Shown in pieces: positions 47,298 to 51,002 of a DNA stretch of 51,002 bases (positions are counted from its first letter, which is position 1; each line of letters opens with the position of its first letter). The position numbers and the translations under genes were made by a program. The stretch covers positions 1 to 51,002 of the forward strand of contig CALXPV010000001.1 in NCBI GenBank assembly GCA_944390295.1. Direction: 5' to 3'. A model generated the notes under the pieces. That model was not told the DNA's origin, searched no databases, and was given only the letters and a program-made list of their open reading frames with translations. Source of the DNA: an uncultured Clostridia bacterium (GTDB lineage Bacteria > Bacillota > Clostridia > TANB77 > CAG-508).

Positions 47298-47476
47298 GAA
47301 AAGTGGCTTCGCCACATGTACAGATTGCTTCGCAATCGTACAGACATAGGTAACTTAACCTTGTTATATACGTAAAAATCTGGCGATTTTTCCTATACAA
47401 TAAGAAAAGTGGCTTCGCCATATGTACAGATTGCTTCGCAATCGCACAGACATAGGTAACTTAACCTTGTTATATA
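47293..47476 (+). repeat. Two tandem copies of a 78-bp element (47293-47370 and 47399-47476) separated by 28 bp
   Basis: The copies differ at 2 positions (47315 C/T and 47339 T/C). Each carries two hairpins with TTC loops: GTGGC-TTC-GCCAC and GATTGC-TTC-GCAATC. The element is more GC-rich than its surroundings. Copy 1 overlaps the prfA stop codon. Confidence 0.85.
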
Positions 47477-47478
47477 GG

Positions 47479-47513
47479 AAAAAGGACGAAATTTTAAAAA
47501 TTTCGTCCTTTTT
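47479..47513. terminator. Bidirectional terminator between prfA/repeats and the convergent HD gene
   Basis: 17-bp stem AAAAAGGACGAAATTTT/AAAATTTCGTCCTTTTT. Confidence 0.8.
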
Positions 47514-47518
47514 AAAGT

Positions 47519-48427
47519 TTATCTACTTGTTTGAATAGAAGAAATTAATTTTTCTTTTTTTGCCTGTAGTAAGGTGATTTGTGCCTGTAGTTCAGAGGTG
47601 ATTGCGTTTCTTTCACTTTCAGGTTTTGACATCCATTCATCCCAGTTATCTAATTGGTTCTGGTTTACAATTCCTCTTCCTTTAATTATAGGCTTAGGCT
47701 GAAATGTAAGAGAATTTAATTTCTTTTGTGCTTTTGTAATTTCAGAATCTATGCTCTGAAGATCTTTATAAATTCTAGCTTCTGGTAAAAGCGCTAAAAT
47801 TTGATTATATTTATTTAGTCTATTCTGCCTTGTATCCTTTACCTCATCATTTTCTTGTATGACTTCACTTTGAGCAGAAACATCTGCCTTACATAAATCA
47901 ATTAGCATTACTTGGTCTTTTTCTGTTGGAGAATAATCTTCACTTTTCATTTTTTCTAAAATTTTAGAAACTTTACTAACAGTTTTATCATCTATTGCAG
48001 AAATATTTAAAAAATCATCATGATGCTTAATAAAAAAAGAAATTCTTTTTACTTCTGTTTCTGAATACCCCATTTCTTGTAAAATTGGAGTAGCAATGAT
48101 TTCTGATTCTTTTGCATGATTTATAAATGTAGTTTTACCATTTTTATCTTTTGCAACATGAGGTTTACCTACATCATGGAAAAATGCGGCTATTTTTAAA
48201 GTAGTTAAATCTTCTGAAGAGTATTTATCTTTAGGTAAATTATCTAAAACTGATAATGTATGGTCAAATAAATTTAAATGGTGGTTAGGATTATTTTGAT
48301 TATAACCTACCATATTTGCAACATCTGTTCCAAATGATTGCTCAATACTTTCTTTAGAGCTTTTTTGTAAAAAGCTTGTACAATCTGTTCTTTTTAGAAT
48401 AGATTCAAAAACATCTTTACTAATCAT
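47519..48427 (-). CDS. HD-domain phosphohydrolase with a C-terminal coiled-coil extension
   Basis: NHHLNLFDHTLSVL and AAFFHDVGKP (the H...HD signature) lie in the N-terminal approximately 190 aa. The last approximately 100 aa are helical/coiled (ITKAQKKLNS...ELQAQITLLQAKKEKLI). The SD is AAGGAGG. Confidence 0.75.
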   Translation of the reverse strand: MISKDVFESILKRTDCTSFLQKSSKESIEQSFGTDVANMVGYNQNNPNHHLNLFDHTLSVLDNLPKDKYSSEDLTTLKIAAFFHDVGKPHVAKDKNGKTTFINHAKESEIIATPILQEMGYSETEVKRISFFIKHHDDFLNISAIDDKTVSKVSKILEKMKSEDYSPTEKDQVMLIDLCKADVSAQSEVIQENDEVKDTRQNRLNKYNQILALLPEARIYKDLQSIDSEITKAQKKLNSLTFQPKPIIKGRGIVNQNQLDNWDEWMSKPESERNAITSELQAQITLLQAKKEKLISSIQTSR

Positions 48428-48496
48428 AAAATATCCTCCTTATAAATAAAATTATAACATAAAAAAAGCTTGAACAAGCAAAAGACTTTACATAAT

Positions 48497-48525
48497 TTGC
48501 GAAAATGCTGAAAATATGTTATAAT
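48497..48525 (+). promoter_or_regulatory. Near-consensus sigma-A promoter upstream of the orphan gene
   Basis: TTGCGA (48497-48502), a 17-nt spacer, then TATAAT (48520-48525) with a TGt extended -10. Confidence 0.55.
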
Positions 48526-48590
48526 AGATATGATAAGCACAAATTGAATAAAAGTCCTCAAGTCTAACGACGAGGCAGAAAGGGAAAAAA

Positions 48591-49241
48591 ATGACACTTA
48601 ATGAAAAAATGGCAAAAAAAGGTATCAACATCAACGAAGAAAACAGCTGGAACACAATGTGTCATCCGGCAAAAGATGGTGAAACACGTTGGGGACTTAT
48701 CCGGAAAGAGATTCGGATAAAAAGTCCTGCAACATGGGGGACATCCAATGAGGAGTATTCAATTGTAGGTCTTGAGGTTAACACCTGGGACAATACAATT
48801 GGAGTAGTGCATTTGAAGGGAACAATGCCCCTTGCAAAAGAGCTGTTCTGGGCACTTCTTGCGGACCGTGACGTTCGCCGACTGATACGTGAGTATCAGA
48901 AGAAGGAACGCCAGGAAAAGTATAAGATGTGGGACAAAACCGGAATATCTGGTTGTCAAGACATCTTTATGACATTCGGTGAGCAGGTGGGTAACTTCGC
49001 CGTTACCAGAACAATAAAGCTCTGCCACATTTCGTGTTTCGAGCGCCTTAACGAAGGTTTTGGCGACGAGAACGACAGAATGTACATCGGAGATTTTGTC
49101 GAACTCTGTGTGTATCTTGGCCTGACCAAGAACATGAGAGTAAGAGACTTGAGAAAGAAGGCAAAAGTGAAATATCTTTTGCCGAGACTGGCAGAAGAGA
49201 TCGATGACTCCTACGATACAAAGGTGTCGCAGATTCTCTAA
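48591..49241 (+). CDS. Orphan protein (216 aa) of foreign base composition; function unknown
   Basis: The SD AAAGGGA sits 7 nt before the ATG, and the ORF is bounded by a promoter and a terminator. Hand-counted 60-nt lines inside the ORF give 33-55% G+C (48601: 20/60; 48841: 33/60; 49021: 30/60). Flanking genes give 22-32% (50221: 13/60; 47881: 19/60). It uses CGT/CGC/CGA/CGG Arg codons (48868-48900). I recognised no family motif. It has two CH dipeptides (MCHP and LCHISC). Confidence 0.7.
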   Translation: MTLNEKMAKKGININEENSWNTMCHPAKDGETRWGLIRKEIRIKSPATWGTSNEEYSIVGLEVNTWDNTIGVVHLKGTMPLAKELFWALLADRDVRRLIREYQKKERQEKYKMWDKTGISGCQDIFMTFGEQVGNFAVTRTIKLCHISCFERLNEGFGDENDRMYIGDFVELCVYLGLTKNMRVRDLRKKAKVKYLLPRLAEEIDDSYDTKVSQIL

Positions 49242-49247
49242 TGCAAA

Positions 49248-49290
49248 GAAAAACATGGAAACAGTGATGTGTCCATGTTTTTTCTTTTTT
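49248..49290 (+). terminator. Rho-independent terminator of the orphan gene
   Basis: Stem GAAAAACATGGA/TCCATGTTTTTC followed by a T-run, 7 nt after the stop codon. Confidence 0.75.
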
Positions 49291-49364
49291 ACTAAAAATT
49301 TATTTCATAATAATTACTAATATCGAATATAAATAAAACAAAAAAGATATGGGAGTGATTAGTT

Positions 49365-50099
49365 ATTGGAAATATATTAAAAACATTTCTGATAGGAACT
49401 TTTTTTGGAACATTTGGAACCACAATTGGTGGAATTATAGGAGTTAATATTAAAAATAATTCAAATAGATTTTTAGGATTTATATTATCTTTTGCATCTG
49501 GACTTATGATGGCAATAATATGTTTTGATTTAATCCCAGAAGCATTAGAAATATCTAGTATTTTTGCAGTACTACTGGGTATTATATTTGGAATAATTAC
49601 AATGATAATTTGTGATTTAATTGTTCAGGAGAAAATAAATAAAAAAAGCAATATGAAAAGTCTACTAAAAGTTGGAATTGTAGTAAGTATAGGCCTTGCA
49701 CTTCACAATATTCCAGAAGGATTAGCAATAGGAACAGGCTTTCATGCTTCTTTAGAATTAGGATTATCACTTGCAATCACAATAGCACTACATGATATAC
49801 CAGAAGGAATTTCTATGGCAGTTCCTATGAAAAATGGTGGAATGAAAAAATCTAAAATAATAATGTATGTAATAGGTTCTGGACTAACAACCGGAATAGG
49901 TGCTTTAATAGGACATTTTTTAGGTGAGATATCACAAACTGTAATTGCTATATCACTAAGTTTTGCAGCAGGTGCAATGATATATATTGTATCAGGAGAA
50001 CTAATTCCAGAGGCTAATAATATGTATAAGGGCAGAATTATTAGTTTAGGAAATATTTTAGGATTATTACTTGGAATATTTGTGCTTAATATAATTTAG
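49365..50099 (+). CDS. ZIP-family metal transporter (ZupT-like)
   Basis: HNIPEGLAIG and HDIPEGISMA motifs. The ZIP-like N-terminus (IGNILKTFLIGTFFGTFGTTIGG) continues in-frame upstream of the first ATG (49506) back to a stop at 49356. The only well-spaced start after the GGGAG SD is an ATT at 49365, so the 5' end is uncertain. Confidence 0.75.
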   Translation: MGNILKTFLIGTFFGTFGTTIGGIIGVNIKNNSNRFLGFILSFASGLMMAIICFDLIPEALEISSIFAVLLGIIFGIITMIICDLIVQEKINKKSNMKSLLKVGIVVSIGLALHNIPEGLAIGTGFHASLELGLSLAITIALHDIPEGISMAVPMKNGGMKKSKIIMYVIGSGLTTGIGALIGHFLGEISQTVIAISLSFAAGAMIYIVSGELIPEANNMYKGRIISLGNILGLLLGIFVLNII

Positions 50100-50118
50100 A
50101 TATATTATTATATAATAG

Positions 50119-50162
50119 AAAGTGGAAAACATTTAAATAAAAATAATGTTTTCCACTTTTTT
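50119..50162. terminator. Bidirectional terminator
   Basis: 15-bp stem AAAGTGGAAAACATT/AATGTTTTCCACTTT followed by a T-run. It lies between convergent genes. Confidence 0.8.
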
Positions 50163-50189
50163 GAATCGAAATCTGCTTTAAATCATAAA

Positions 50190-50735
50190 TTAATTATTTT
50201 CTTTAAAACTTTTTGCGATTTCATCAAATTCTTCTACATATTTATCTTTATTTTCCATAACTACTTCAAAATCTATGATATAAATATTTTTTTCTGTTTG
50301 AATCCATACAACTTCAGAGTATAAATCTGAAGACAATGTTGAATCATAATAAGTAAAAGTATATTTATAAGATTCAGTATTAGGGATATCTATTTTACTA
50401 GTTTCTGAAATATCTCTAACATTTTCTTTTATAGAAGAAAGTCCTTCTTTTTCTGAATTTATAATTTCTTCCATATTAATGTCTACAGTTTTTTCAAGTT
50501 TTGATGTATATAACATCATTTCATCTTTTAAAGAATACAAATCTAAAATATAACTTGAAGAACCAGATGCAGATTCTTTACAATTAGCACTTCCAGGAAG
50601 AGTTATTGAAAAAGAGTTATCATTAGAAGTAAAAGTAACTGGTGTTACATATTTATAAATAGAAAAACCAGCAAATCCTAATAAAGCAATAAGTAGAATA
50701 ACAACAATAATTATTATAATTTTTTTAGCTTTCAT
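50190..50735 (-). CDS. Hypothetical membrane-anchored protein (about 181 aa)
   Basis: N-terminal TM helix (IIIIIVVILLIALLGFAGFSIY) plus an extracytoplasmic domain. ATG 50735 is 5 nt after GGAGG, and ATG 50747 is an alternative start. Confidence 0.6.
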   Translation of the reverse strand: MKAKKIIIIIVVILLIALLGFAGFSIYKYVTPVTFTSNDNSFSITLPGSANCKESASGSSSYILDLYSLKDEMMLYTSKLEKTVDINMEEIINSEKEGLSSIKENVRDISETSKIDIPNTESYKYTFTYYDSTLSSDLYSEVVWIQTEKNIYIIDFEVVMENKDKYVEEFDEIAKSFKENN

Positions 50736-50921
50736 AATTTCCTCCATCTATAATAGAAATCTATCTAATATTGTAATATAAAAGAAAGTATATTACAACT
50801 AAAAATTTTATAAAATGTATTTGTTTTATGATAATATCACCTTAAAAGTTTAGAAGCGAATATTTCACCTTAAGTGCATAAAAATAGAAAATATAGGCAA
50901 AATAGGAAGGTGGAATATTTA

Positions 50922-51002
50922 ATGTTAAAACAAAAAGATTTAAAAAGAGTTACTTTAATTGAAGCATGTATAAAAGGACAATGTACTGTTAAACAAGTTG
51001 CT
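50922..51002 (+). CDS. 5' fragment of an ORF (27 codons) running off the window; possibly an HTH N-terminus
   Basis: The ATG follows GGAAGGTGG. The peptide MLKQKDLKRVTLIEACIKGQCTVKQVA resembles N-terminal HTH segments of some transposases or regulators, but it is too short to call. Confidence 0.35.
   Translation, partial: MLKQKDLKRVTLIEACIKGQCTVKQVA

Noticed and set aside
48759-49256. 165-aa minus-strand ORF overlapping the orphan gene
   Set aside because: It is a by-product of the locally higher G+C (fewer stop codons). It has no SD or promoter, and it runs into the plus-strand terminator. The plus-strand ORF has a promoter, SD and terminator.
33377-49300. Prophage, integrative element or classical defence island
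   Set aside because: No integrase, recombinase, phage structural, restriction-modification, Cas, or toxin-antitoxin signatures were recognisable. Only the sortase cluster and the single foreign gene look accessory.

Overview
This 51-kb window looks like a chromosomal segment from a very AT-rich, endospore-forming Firmicute. Hand-counted 60-nt lines are mostly about 20-32% G+C. The gene set is Clostridia-like: spoIIE, CotF-like coat proteins, mecA, and radC-mreB-mreC-mreD-PBP2-minC. Most of the window is housekeeping. It holds two divergent tRNAs, an ECF sigma/anti-sigma pair, a yhaO/yhaN-like SbcCD-type pair, spoIIE, acpS, tatD, lemA-htpX, a G5-domain muramidase-like protein, xth, an OmpR-type two-component system, pcrA, the mre cell-shape operon, an M18 aminopeptidase, prfA and a ZIP transporter. 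Two regions look accessory. (1) 33.3-44.5 kb is a surface-protein cluster. It has two giant secreted proteins (1609 and about 1247 aa) built from DUF11-type and SdrD-B/Cna-B-type repeats, a class B sortase, a 390-aa beta-helix-like protein ending in a TPKTG sorting signal, and a decayed duplicate of that gene's 3' end plus terminator. (2) 47.3-49.3 kb lies between prfA and the ZIP gene. It has a 78-bp tandem direct repeat rich in hairpins, a stand-alone HD-domain protein with a coiled-coil tail, and a single 216-aa orphan gene. The orphan's base composition and Arg codon usage are clearly foreign, and it has its own consensus promoter and terminator. I saw no CRISPR array, rRNA, integrase or clear prophage. 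I could not assign a function to the orphan gene, and it is the strongest 'unknown' in the window. All homology calls rest on motif recognition by eye, not on database searches.
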